Virus record (IMG/VR): IMGVR_UViG_3300025141_000021
Reading direction: 5' to 3' (one strand)
Length of the DNA: 64,000 nucleotides
Origin: a virus
In this document: in pieces, positions 31,601 through 39,965 of the stretch
Layout of the letters: each line of letters opens with the position of its first letter
Position numbering within the stretch: position 1 is the stretch's first letter
Translations under genes and position numbers: made by a program
Notes under the pieces: generated by a model
What the model was told of the DNA's origin: nothing
Database searches by the model: none
What the model saw: the letters and a program-made list of their open reading frames with translations, nothing else

Positions 31601-31755
31601 AGATCAATGTCGTTCTCATTTTTATAATGATCATGAACAATACTTTGCCACGTACTGGCTACGTCTGCATGGGGATCATATTGTTTAGTAAATCTCTTTC
31701 GACGACGACGAGACACTTCTGGTGCTTTAGGTAAAAAGGGTTTTTTCTTAGCCAT
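28675..31755 (-). CDS. Baseplate hub-associated protein: gp5-like OB-fold, acidic coiled coil, Cys cluster and Peptidase M15 domain (1026 aa)
   Basis: M15 motifs NSALRS..N.AVNGVASSQHNHGQAADI and WIHISY (~29190-29620). N-terminal GLILRVE..ARIKVFIPE..GQTVEVKF resembles the gp5/VgrG OB fold. Confidence 0.7.
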   Translation of the reverse strand: MAKKKPFLPKAPEVSRRRRKRFTKQYDPHADVASTWQSIVHDHYKNENDIDLGTTYTGLILRVEPEWTKDSFAPDMPHGRWLKKIRFSKALARIKVFIPELQGQVLPHPECLPVPGDTSDAAMRTNKIIDMYPVFTAKWPHLPKPIAGQTVEVKFDSKTEFDSGVWTGIIDEEPPKTTFECEDIEPPCPYKTQATAPEGDSPARTAFMAGEQQHLHGDAASLPVVPDGDWMAQRSATETLLAELFQSEEEPLVNPDTDVQTSASEVSQVLDDDAAEAAQLPGELEDAGIDVNDASLDSDDTFTDLEDEIASIEGMLSEEVSQLTVLEQQAFIYIVQSAIPSMREKTDEINTIISEMSQDVADMKEQIAQSGFRNIPAAEQGLSKSTDQAGQIQALLELASGIRAEVDNEIEGFGLGENNDFYMDTLSTLDQFDLAMETAETASGFCVGYWEAALAQARHKAINLETMLQHIGRFNFINVKKQFGMMNIRKVAPPAGGPLGAKSEPPWNSLPRKTKLRMTGHAQKGYAVGGNDMWYHFDRAEKPAPDDQGIIKWDASQAGNLHDIPEGGAWVAAAFLAKVRPVDSTASDYPTATPVATTAENQVPKGTGQAEQKCEECEEAKKSLKQHIDKSVGVCNEGYWPPREDCSCSTCSKGDCKDNPVIGHKFPDDFKLPKFAKLQISPEESGPDKRKFGSTTIYKECNQWEAKTTTKSTTGKDLDPPGRIVDFRNLVRELLEPIKEQFGNTLLINSALRSIAHNTAVNGVASSQHNHGQAADIWIVPKEYATGYGRPDTGVYGDKYALRKDSATLAAVAEVFHWIAESGLPFGQLILESSNGAAGVDKFAPTWIHISYLRGPDSPSGPRGDNTNKKSGQVMTFHKAGAYKLPSKIWNGTGEHPAWRWAGNNNPYGKPIPFTPHNNWGPTSDGSIRSKPTKVTGGGFCVVMSAADLPDHAEKSQAWREKADREAAARNKAAADAAALRAAEEAEAAKAAEEERRENLGWSGRFTEEKAAGEGFFGAVWDATFN

Positions 31756-32043
31756 TTACTCCGTTTCCTTGTTCAATATATCAAATATCTCGTCTTTGTC
31801 CTCTTCAGTGAGGTTAACCTTGACATTTGCCTTCTTTTGTATAAGAGCAGCAACCTTTACTAGCTGTTCATTGGAACGCTGCAAGGTTTCAACATATTTT
31901 GCAGCAACAGGCCCAACTTCTCGATGGCGTTCTTCAGCAGCCCTTAAATAAACAACCAAATCAGTCAATAGCGTTGCAGTTATTGCCCTGTCCTCGCGAA
32001 TATTTTTAATTGCTTCTTCAAGATATCCATCTAATTTTTTCAT
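31756..32043 (-). CDS. Hypothetical helical protein (95 aa)
   Basis: Coupled to both neighbours; coiled-coil-like; no motif recognised. Confidence 0.7.
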   Translation of the reverse strand: MKKLDGYLEEAIKNIREDRAITATLLTDLVVYLRAAEERHREVGPVAAKYVETLQRSNEQLVKVAALIQKKANVKVNLTEEDKDEIFDILNKETE

Positions 32044-32771
32044 GTTTCGCCCTCATCCCATTTAGCTTTAAAAACTCGGTATTTAATTCTCATTTTGTTG
32101 AGATTGTTAACAACCTGTTTTGTGTTTAATCCGGTAATCTCTCTTATATATAAATAAATAGCTTTTTTGTTAAAAATTTCAATGCTATCAGTGTTCTTAA
32201 GTAATATTTTAACAGCTTCAAACACTTTTTTCTCATTCTCTTTTAAAACGCCGGTATCCCAAGAATCTATTTCTGTCCACAAATATTGCCAGAACTCATC
32301 TCTTTCGCGATCTAAAATATAAGTGTTATATGTGGACATGTGCTCATTCTCTAATTCTTTAGAGAGATCTTCGAAATATACTTCTTTTCTGCTTTTTGTT
32401 GCATTCTTTTTGACCTGATGGATAAACCAGTTTTTGGTCACAACACTAAAATACGAAAAGGCTTTCGAGCCTTTACTCGGATCGAATTTGTCTAGTATCG
32501 TTGTAAGCCAAATCTTGCACTCTTCTTTAAGAGAGTCGATGTTTGGTAGGGTAGTAAATTTATATGTATAAATGATTTTATCGACCATCTCGTCAAACAC
32601 GGGGCCGATATATTTAATATAAAGCTCTGTTCGAACTTTTATATCTTTTGTGCGCGCATATTCTACAATTGCATCTTCGTGCACTTTTGTAAAATAATAA
32701 TTTCCGCTTCTTTTGCGGCGCGTTCCTCTTCTTTTACGACGCGTCTTCGGTGGCGTCGGTGGTTTCGTCAT
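32040..32771 (-). CDS. Phage RNA polymerase sigma factor, T4 gp55-like late sigma (243 aa)
   Basis: Sigma region-2-like LDKFDPSKGSKAFSYFSVVTKNWFI and C-terminal helix-turn-helix-like IYLYIREITGLNTKQVVNNL. Directly upstream of the structural module. Confidence 0.7.
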   Translation of the reverse strand: MTKPPTPPKTRRKRRGTRRKRSGNYYFTKVHEDAIVEYARTKDIKVRTELYIKYIGPVFDEMVDKIIYTYKFTTLPNIDSLKEECKIWLTTILDKFDPSKGSKAFSYFSVVTKNWFIHQVKKNATKSRKEVYFEDLSKELENEHMSTYNTYILDRERDEFWQYLWTEIDSWDTGVLKENEKKVFEAVKILLKNTDSIEIFNKKAIYLYIREITGLNTKQVVNNLNKMRIKYRVFKAKWDEGET

Positions 32772-33075
32772 TCAATATCTCCCCTTTAACTTCTTCTTGC
32801 GTCAGGGAATATATGTCTTCATAGTCTCTAATCATATCAACTATTTCTTTAGAATGTGAAATCAGGTTTTGCAATGTTTCATCACCATAAAATGTTTCCA
32901 TTTGATACATTGATTCAATGTGTTCTGCGTAATTACCAAGCCGTTCCTGTAAATCGCCAATATTGTCAGATACATATAACAGCTTTTTTAAAATAGCCTT
33001 GATATACCAAAAAGAAAGAATATTTAATAATATTGAGATTGTACAGATAGTAGAAACGACAAATAACGTATTCAT
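32734..33075 (-). CDS. Hypothetical membrane-anchored coiled-coil protein (113 aa)
   Basis: Hydrophobic N-terminus (LFVVSTICTISILLNILSFWYI) followed by a coiled coil. Confidence 0.6.
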   Translation of the reverse strand: MNTLFVVSTICTISILLNILSFWYIKAILKKLLYVSDNIGDLQERLGNYAEHIESMYQMETFYGDETLQNLISHSKEIVDMIRDYEDIYSLTQEEVKGEILNDETTDATEDAS

Positions 33076-33323
33076 GTTTTATATTCCCTTGAACGCAAAT
33101 TCTTTTTCTCTTTGCGTATATCTTCCCGGGTTTCTTCAATAAAAGTTTTTATTTTATCACCCGGCTGCGAAGCCGCTGACTGTCTTTTTTTTGTTAATAT
33201 CGCAGGAATTCTATTTAGAGTTTCTGCGCTGCAGTCTTCGCACTTTGTTAAACGTTCGCTCATAGAATGAACGACTTCTAACACACTTTCGCACTCATTA
33301 CACTTATAGGTGTATCGAGGCAT
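33072..33323 (-). CDS. FmdB-family zinc-ribbon protein (83 aa)
   Basis: MPRYTYKCNEC...CEDC matches the MPxYxYxCxxC...CxxC pattern. Confidence 0.85.
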   Translation of the reverse strand: MPRYTYKCNECESVLEVVHSMSERLTKCEDCSAETLNRIPAILTKKRQSAASQPGDKIKTFIEETREDIRKEKKNLRSREYKT

Positions 33324-33325
33324 AA

Positions 33326-33535
33326 TTAGTCTGTAGCTTTCTTGGTTTCTTCCTGCTTGAATTGATTTTTAGGAATTTGCACAATAGGCGGGTTAACGAT
33401 AATTAATTCGTTTTGACTAGGCCCATCTGGCACAAATTCCATTGCCTTCAATACAGGAACAATATCAGACTGTTCCATAAGACTCTTTTGCAGAGCCATC
33501 ATAATAGCACCAAGTGCTTCGTCGCTTAATTTCAT
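33326..33535 (-). CDS. Hypothetical protein (69 aa)
   Basis: ATGA-coupled to gmd; plausible composition. Confidence 0.65.
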   Translation of the reverse strand: MKLSDEALGAIMMALQKSLMEQSDIVPVLKAMEFVPDGPSQNELIIVNPPIVQIPKNQFKQEETKKATD

Positions 33536-34512
33536 AATTTTCTCCTTATATCTTTTAAATCGGCGTCATACATCATTTTGGCCAATTCTTCGAAATTAAC
33601 TTTTGGTTCCCAATTAAGCTTTTTTTTGGCTTTGGTTGGATCTCCTAATAAATATGGCACTTCATGCGGGCGAAAAAGCCTTGCATCAATGCTAATATAT
33701 TTATCTGGGCTTCCTAAGCCAGCATAATCAAAAACACATTCTAAAAATTCTTTTACTGTGTAACTCTTGCCAGTGGCGATTACATAATCGTCTGGATTAT
33801 CTTGCTGTAACATTAGCCACATAGCTTCTGTATAGTCTCCAGCAAAACCCCAGTCTCGTCGTGCATCTAGATTTCCCAAATGCAGTTTATCCTGTAACCC
33901 CAACTTAATCCTTGCCGCGGCAATGGTTATTTTCCTTGTGACAAACGTTTCTCCTCGTCTGGGGGATTCGTGATTAAATAATATTCCGCTAGAGGCATGA
34001 AGATTATAACTTTCACGATAGTTTCTTATAAGATTGTGTGCGAACACCTTTGCACAAGCATATGGTGATGCTGGGCAGAAAGGTGTTTCCTCGTTGAATG
34101 GAGGCAGAGGATTATCGCCATACATTTCAGATGACGATGCTTGATAAAATTTAGCCTCCGGGCACATTTGTCTATATGCGTTCAACAATCTAAGAGTTCC
34201 CATGGCTATTGAATCGACAGTTTCTTCGGATACATCAAACGACACTCTCACATGAGACTGTGCCGCGAGATTATATATTTCATCTGGATAATAATTTTTC
34301 AACAATCTCCAAAAACATCCGGCATCGTGTAAATTGCCATATTCAAGCGTGAATCTTGTATCATTAAATATATTATCAATTCTGTCGGTCGTGATAAGAG
34401 AGGTCCTTCTCTTAACTCCAATGACATTATATCCCTTTGATAGTAAAAGTTCTGCAAGATATGAACCATCTTGGCCAGTGACGCCGGTGATTAAAGCAGT
34501 TTTATTTTTCAT
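33532..34512 (-). CDS. gmd: GDP-mannose 4,6-dehydratase
   Basis: [81 protein letters not shown]. Confidence 0.97.
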   Translation of the reverse strand: MKNKTALITGVTGQDGSYLAELLLSKGYNVIGVKRRTSLITTDRIDNIFNDTRFTLEYGNLHDAGCFWRLLKNYYPDEIYNLAAQSHVRVSFDVSEETVDSIAMGTLRLLNAYRQMCPEAKFYQASSSEMYGDNPLPPFNEETPFCPASPYACAKVFAHNLIRNYRESYNLHASSGILFNHESPRRGETFVTRKITIAAARIKLGLQDKLHLGNLDARRDWGFAGDYTEAMWLMLQQDNPDDYVIATGKSYTVKEFLECVFDYAGLGSPDKYISIDARLFRPHEVPYLLGDPTKAKKKLNWEPKVNFEELAKMMYDADLKDIRRKL

Positions 34513-35395
34513 TATACCACCTATAGGTTTTTAAAACACCTTCTGCGAATGATGTGAAATTAAATCCATAAATTAATTCAAGAAGGCGTCGATTGGTTCC
34601 GTCTTTGCGATGTTGTCCTTCAAAGTTTCCGTTAAATTTAAATTTCACATCTTTTCCTGTCTGTTCTCGCAACATTTCGCACATCTGGCGTATTGAGAGG
34701 TTTTCCTCCGGAGCCACGATCAATGGAAGCTCTGAGGTGTGGTTCTCTAATAGTTCTGGAATTATCTGGCACAAATCATCAACATATAATTGTTGTCTCA
34801 GCGGCTTTCCAGTTCCCCACATGTTGATTATATCACCATTTTTTGCTTCGGTTAACTTTCTTATTAGAGAGGGAACGAAGTGCGATGTTTTGTAATTGAA
34901 ATTATCTCCAATGCCGTATACGTTGGAAGGGCAAAAACATGAATAATCTACTCCATATTGTTCTCTATAGGAAAGCGCCTGAACGTGTAGATTGCGCTTG
35001 GTGAATCCATAGGCAAAATTGGTTTTTACCGGAGGGCCCTTAAAAATATCTTCTTCAGTAAAGGGGTATTTTTCAACTTTGTCCGGAAACGCACAAGTGC
35101 TCAATGAAGCCAAAATTCTCCTAACACCAGATCTATACGCGCAGTGAATTAAGTTTGTGTTGATCATCGTGTTGATATAAAAATATTCAGCTTGTTTGCT
35201 GACATTATCAAATATTCCACCCACTCTGCCTGCCAAATGTATCACAGCCTCGGGGCGAAAGTCACTAAACATCTGTCTACATTCTTTTGCAGACGTTAGA
35301 TCATACATATTTGAAGATACATATGTCCAATCTGGCTTGACCAGTTTAAGTCGACTGCCAACGAAGCCGGTACCTCCTGTCACTAAAACTGTCAT
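34502..35395 (-). CDS. fcl: GDP-L-fucose synthase family (GDP-4-keto-6-deoxymannose epimerase/reductase)
   Basis: [55 protein letters not shown]; adjacent to gmd. Confidence 0.85.
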   Translation of the reverse strand: MTVLVTGGTGFVGSRLKLVKPDWTYVSSNMYDLTSAKECRQMFSDFRPEAVIHLAGRVGGIFDNVSKQAEYFYINTMINTNLIHCAYRSGVRRILASLSTCAFPDKVEKYPFTEEDIFKGPPVKTNFAYGFTKRNLHVQALSYREQYGVDYSCFCPSNVYGIGDNFNYKTSHFVPSLIRKLTEAKNGDIINMWGTGKPLRQQLYVDDLCQIIPELLENHTSELPLIVAPEENLSIRQMCEMLREQTGKDVKFKFNGNFEGQHRKDGTNRRLLELIYGFNFTSFAEGVLKTYRWYNEK

Positions 35396-36459
35396 CTTCT
35401 TAATGATTTCCGTTCCTGGTATCGCTTAAGATACAAATCAAATAACTCTGGCCAACGCTTTTTAACCGCTTTATCAAAGTCTTCCATCATGTGAAATGAT
35501 TTGTCTTTTCTATGAAACTCCATATCTTTATTATCAACAGTGTTTGTTACATATGCTGAATTATGACCGCCATTCATTCGTCTATATTTTTCCGCGCTTC
35601 TATTTTTATGAAATTCAAATTTATCCATCAATTCGTTTAGTCTCGCAAGACTATGTTCGTTTAGCATGTCCATTGATTTTATCAAGCTCTCAAGCGTTTC
35701 TTTTGGCTTCAGGATTAAGTCTTCATAGTGTACAATAGTTTTATAGCCTTCGTGCTCGTGGTATCTTCTAATTAACGTAATATAACCTCCAGAATTAGCA
35801 TCAAATGCATTCTTCATAGTATCATCTTCGCTAGGGTTAAATTTAAAAGCCTCCATTCTCTCTGCAAGCCCGGGATCATTTCTAATCATAACTTCTTTAT
35901 AGTTTCTAAGTAACAAAATCACTTTTTTATAAGAATGCTTAACTTTGTTCTCTTCATAAAGCCACTCGTGCCGTTTAAGCAATATTGGAGAATTTTTAAT
36001 GTATTCTTTAAAAAATGGAGAATCTATATGACTATGAACTACCGGGATTGCACCTTTATCAAGAAATATTGGTTTTGAAGGTGTCTCAAAGCCTAACATA
36101 TGATAGTCTGGTCCCAATGTTGGTCTTTCTGTTATAAACTCAATGCAATATCGAAGCCATGTACTTCCAGAACGCGGGTAGGACAATAGAAGAAATTCTG
36201 CATCCCCGGGTGAAAAGTTGTCTACCATAATTTTTTTACCAACCAGAAACGCGTCGAGGTCGCGACCCAGTTCTTGTTTCTTTTCCTTGCATGAATGATG
36301 TATCGAATGTAATCTGTGACATAACTGACATCTTACTAAAAATGTTTTACACGGTCGATGTCTTGAGTGTGTCTGATTACACATGTGACATCTTCTCAAT
36401 CTAGTCGCCTTTCTGAATTCTATGACTATCTTCGTCAAAATGTTGAGTTGAAAACTCAA
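35392..36459 (-). CDS. Sulfotransferase-family protein with N-terminal duplicated Cys/His motif
   Basis: PAPS 5'-phosphate loop LLSYPRSGSTWLRY, plus LLRN and VHYEDL. Start is uncertain (ATG 36459, TTG 36399 or ATG 36384). Confidence 0.75.
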   Translation of the reverse strand: MSFQLNILTKIVIEFRKATRLRRCHMCNQTHSRHRPCKTFLVRCQLCHRLHSIHHSCKEKKQELGRDLDAFLVGKKIMVDNFSPGDAEFLLLSYPRSGSTWLRYCIEFITERPTLGPDYHMLGFETPSKPIFLDKGAIPVVHSHIDSPFFKEYIKNSPILLKRHEWLYEENKVKHSYKKVILLLRNYKEVMIRNDPGLAERMEAFKFNPSEDDTMKNAFDANSGGYITLIRRYHEHEGYKTIVHYEDLILKPKETLESLIKSMDMLNEHSLARLNELMDKFEFHKNRSAEKYRRMNGGHNSAYVTNTVDNKDMEFHRKDKSFHMMEDFDKAVKKRWPELFDLYLKRYQERKSLRR

Positions 36460-36757
36460 ATAATTCCGAGGGTTCTAGAGCAATCATCTGATGTCTCAGA
36501 CCTCTATATACATGAAAATTTTGTCCAGGCTCTAAAGTAACTTCTTGAGCTGCTGCGATATTGTCTTCATCAGAGAATTTAACAATCATTTTCCCAGACT
36601 GTAAATAAAAAACCTCATCCTTCAATTTATGGTAATGCCACGAACATCGCTTGCCCTCATTAAAATATAGCAGTTTACCACAATATTCTGGTTTGTTAAC
36701 AATCCAGCGCTCATGACCCCAGCCTTTTTCAACATATTTTATGGGGATTCCTACCAT
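36401..36757 (-). CDS. Cupin, mannose-6-phosphate isomerase / sugar isomerase type (118 aa)
   Basis: KGWGHE, CSWHYHKLKDEVFY and GLRHQM cupin motifs. Confidence 0.8.
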   Translation of the reverse strand: MVGIPIKYVEKGWGHERWIVNKPEYCGKLLYFNEGKRCSWHYHKLKDEVFYLQSGKMIVKFSDEDNIAAAQEVTLEPGQNFHVYRGLRHQMIALEPSELFEFSTQHFDEDSHRIQKGD

Positions 36758-37584
36758 ACTGTCTTTCCGCCATCAATGACCATGTTTTCGCCTGTCATAT
36801 AAGAACTGGCGTCAGAACACAAAAATACTATGGCACCTTTGTATTCATCAAGGCGCGCCATACGATTCATTGGAATAATAGATGATAGTTTCTTTACGAA
36901 CTCTTTTGGGTGGTTATTGTATACACCTGTTGGGCTTAAGCAATTAACTCTGATGTTCTTCTCTGCAAAATAAACTGCCAAGTATTTTGTCATTCCAATT
37001 ATCGCCCACTTAGCGGCCGAATAGGTAATCGGTTTAACGTTCTGCCTGTTTTCAGCAACACCATCTTTACGATATAGTCTTTGGTCGGGCGCAATAACAC
37101 CTAAATCTGATGAAATGTTCAAAATAACGCCACCGCCCTGTTTAAGCATCCTGTTTCCGACTATCTGAGAACAAAAGAACGTTCCATTTAGCGCAGCGTT
37201 GATGCCCTCAAACCAATATTCTGGAGACATAGTTTCAAATCTCGAATCAGGAGTTAGACCGCCACCCTTCTTAACCTTTGGATCCTTTGCGGCATTATTA
37301 ATGAGAATATCAATTTTCTCACAAAACCCGACAACAGTCTTGACTGACAATGGGTCCGCAACATCCATATGAAACGCGGCGGCCGATCCTTTTCCATATT
37401 TGTTATTTAATTCAGCTGCTTTCTCGGAGACCCTGTCTAAATGATGATCTGTTAATATCACCCTGCCTCCATATTCAATTATTGCTGCAGCATGCTGTGG
37501 GCCAAGTAGACCTCCAGCGCCCGTAATTAATGCAGTTCGACCGGTCAGATCGAAAACGTTATTGTTCATAATATATCCTTTCAA
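36751..37584 (-). CDS. SDR oxidoreductase, PtmA-like (277 aa)
   Basis: ITGAGGLLG, LINNAA, YSAAK and IRVNCLSP. Resembles SDRs found in nonulosonate loci. Confidence 0.85.
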   Translation of the reverse strand: MKGYIMNNNVFDLTGRTALITGAGGLLGPQHAAAIIEYGGRVILTDHHLDRVSEKAAELNNKYGKGSAAAFHMDVADPLSVKTVVGFCEKIDILINNAAKDPKVKKGGGLTPDSRFETMSPEYWFEGINAALNGTFFCSQIVGNRMLKQGGGVILNISSDLGVIAPDQRLYRKDGVAENRQNVKPITYSAAKWAIIGMTKYLAVYFAEKNIRVNCLSPTGVYNNHPKEFVKKLSSIIPMNRMARLDEYKGAIVFLCSDASSYMTGENMVIDGGKTVW

Positions 37585-38323
37585 AAATGTCTTTGTGTAA
37601 TAAAATTGTGTTTATCTCGTTACCAGATTTTCCTCTAGCTGTTTGTAGTGTATACACGCCATTATAGCCGTGTGATTTTAAATATTTAAATATCATTTTG
37701 AAGTCTGTATCACCAGATGTTGGAAAGACCGTTTGGGCTTCATGTGTTCTGTCTTTTAAATGTACGTTTCTAATGTATTTCCCTATTTTTGCAATGTATT
37801 CTTCATGATTATAGCCACATGAAGTAATATTTCCAGTGTCATACGTCACATAAAAGTTGTTTGAAAGCTCTAATATTTCTAATAATTTGTCAGCTTCTAG
37901 TTCTGCTTCAAATAGAAATCCTATTGTAGGGAAATTTTCACTCATACTTTGCATTACCTTGCCAAAAGCGTGTCTTTGGTTGTCATCTGACATATCACTT
38001 TCTTCTAGCAAAGGAATGGTAATATATCTAATGTTATTCCTAAGCGCTGCAGTGCAAATTGGTATTAGGTTTCTCTTCAAATATTTTTTATCGTGAATAC
38101 CGGAATCGACCAAATTGTCAGCACATATAGAATGTATCGGATAATCTAAAGCCGATTCAAAAAATATAGGATTTGTTGAAAACGATTTCTTTGTAATAAT
38201 CCATTCAACATGATTAAGATTCATGTTGTCTAATAAATCAAACTCTCTTCTCCAATTTTTTGGACACTCTTGAAAACCTTCGGTTGGTGTCGACAACCTT
38301 CCCTGGATTATTCCGACTTTCAT
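37559..38323 (-). CDS. Sugar-phosphate isomerase/epimerase, xylose-isomerase-like TIM barrel (254 aa)
   Basis: MKVGIIQGRLS, FEAE, YDTGN, VHLKDR and GDTDF metal-binding motifs. Confidence 0.8.
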   Translation of the reverse strand: MKVGIIQGRLSTPTEGFQECPKNWRREFDLLDNMNLNHVEWIITKKSFSTNPIFFESALDYPIHSICADNLVDSGIHDKKYLKRNLIPICTAALRNNIRYITIPLLEESDMSDDNQRHAFGKVMQSMSENFPTIGFLFEAELEADKLLEILELSNNFYVTYDTGNITSCGYNHEEYIAKIGKYIRNVHLKDRTHEAQTVFPTSGDTDFKMIFKYLKSHGYNGVYTLQTARGKSGNEINTILLHKDIFERIYYEQ

Positions 38324-39294
38324 TCTTTATCCTTAAACTCATAAGGTGAAGGCAAATTGCTATTTTTTACGCTCTGTGAGTAGTCTTTTATCTGCTGGGC
38401 GATATCTACGCCCACATTGTCGCTCCAAGCGCTTAGAAGGCCGCTGGTGACCTCTCCTGGGGTACCAGGACCAATGTTCTGGCCATTCAGCTTAGTAACC
38501 GGCAGCAAACAGAAGGGGGTGCCCGTCATAAATGCTTCATCAGCCATCATTACATCGTATGGCTCAATGTTTTTTTCAACACATTCGAGACCAAGCTGTT
38601 CTGAGAGTTCGAATATATATTCTCTGCTTACACCTCTGAGAACGTTTCTTCCTTCTGGTGTTAAAATTCTACCATCTTTGACAATGAAAAAATTATCCCC
38701 GGTTCCCTCGGCAATATAACCATCTGGATCCAGAAGCAAGGCCCAATTATCTTCACCGGCAAATTGAGAAACTTCAATGTTTGCCATAAGGTAGTGAATT
38801 CTACTTCTATTTTTCACTTTCGGTTCTAGCAATTGCGCCGGGATCGCCCGTTGAGAAGGGATTACGGCATTGATACCTTTATCAAATAAATGACCCATCG
38901 ATGATACTGTCCAACGAAGAGGAAAATCAGCGATAATAATGTTTGGGCCCTTGTGCATACCAAGCACTTCCTCATAAAGAGAAAGAGTTCCACGAGACAC
39001 ATCAATCATAATGCGATGTTCATCATCGTCTTGAAAATGGGGATCATTAATCTCAATAGTTTTGTAAACCGCTTCTTCCATTTCATCGATTGTCATTTTG
39101 ATCGGAATACGAACATATTTTATCGATGCGTATAATCGTTCTAAGTGTTCGCGAAGTTTAAACTGTTTTTTGTTAAACGATCTCGTCATTTCAAAAACCA
39201 TATCACCAAACATCAAAGCAGAATCATAGATTGATATCTTTGCTTCGCTCTCTGGCACAAATTCGCCATTAAAGTAAACTAACCTATTACTCAT
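38320..39294 (-). CDS. PLP-dependent aminotransferase class IV (IlvE/Dat-like, 324 aa)
   Basis: VYFNGEFVP..AKISIYDSALMFGDMVFE, HLERL, KNRSRIHY, EGTGDNFF, LRGVSR, EAFMTGT. Confidence 0.9.
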   Translation of the reverse strand: MSNRLVYFNGEFVPESEAKISIYDSALMFGDMVFEMTRSFNKKQFKLREHLERLYASIKYVRIPIKMTIDEMEEAVYKTIEINDPHFQDDDEHRIMIDVSRGTLSLYEEVLGMHKGPNIIIADFPLRWTVSSMGHLFDKGINAVIPSQRAIPAQLLEPKVKNRSRIHYLMANIEVSQFAGEDNWALLLDPDGYIAEGTGDNFFIVKDGRILTPEGRNVLRGVSREYIFELSEQLGLECVEKNIEPYDVMMADEAFMTGTPFCLLPVTKLNGQNIGPGTPGEVTSGLLSAWSDNVGVDIAQQIKDYSQSVKNSNLPSPYEFKDKE

Positions 39295-39965
39295 CCCAAT
39301 TCCTTAAACTTGTATATAAATTCACACATTTTTAAATCATCCATATCGTCGATTTCATGAACTTTCCAATTGTCCATTAAAGAATATCCGATATTGCCGC
39401 CCAGTCTGTTGTTGTATCTGTTTATTGTTCTTGTTCTAAACACATATATTGATCCATTTTCAATCAATTGTCCGCTTAGTTCTTGTCTTCGTTTTCTATT
39501 TTCGAAATTAAAGTTTAAACTTCGAGGAGTTCCTGCCCTGTTGCATGTCCACAAACATAGGTCTTTTGCCTCAACTGCAGAAAAAACTGAATCTAAAGAA
39601 TTGTTGACCAATGTCTCAATCGCATTGTCTATATCTTTTGGTTCTCTTAACGGAGAAGTCGGCTGTAAAAACACAACTGTGTCAATATCGTCGATTTCAT
39701 TAATAGCGTGTAGCAGGGCAGTTTCAGAAGAAGAAATATCTTGTGCTAGTATTTCTGGTCTCAATATTAAATTGGCGCCGTAATCTTTTGCAACGGTTAA
39801 TATTTCTTCATCATCAGAAGATACGTATACTTTATTGCCGTATTCTGATGCTTTTGCTTGTTCTATAGAGTGTGCCAATAGCGGCTTACCTGCAAAATCA
39901 ATGATATTTTTTCTTGGTATGCCCTTGCTTCCGCCGCGGGCTAAAATAACTGTTGCGGTTTTCAT
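39291..39965 (-). CDS. neuA: Acylneuraminate (nonulosonate) cytidylyltransferase
   Basis: ILARGGSKGIPRKNI, FLQPTSPLR, ENGSIY, EIDDMDD. Confidence 0.92.
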   Translation of the reverse strand: MKTATVILARGGSKGIPRKNIIDFAGKPLLAHSIEQAKASEYGNKVYVSSDDEEILTVAKDYGANLILRPEILAQDISSSETALLHAINEIDDIDTVVFLQPTSPLREPKDIDNAIETLVNNSLDSVFSAVEAKDLCLWTCNRAGTPRSLNFNFENRKRRQELSGQLIENGSIYVFRTRTINRYNNRLGGNIGYSLMDNWKVHEIDDMDDLKMCEFIYKFKELG

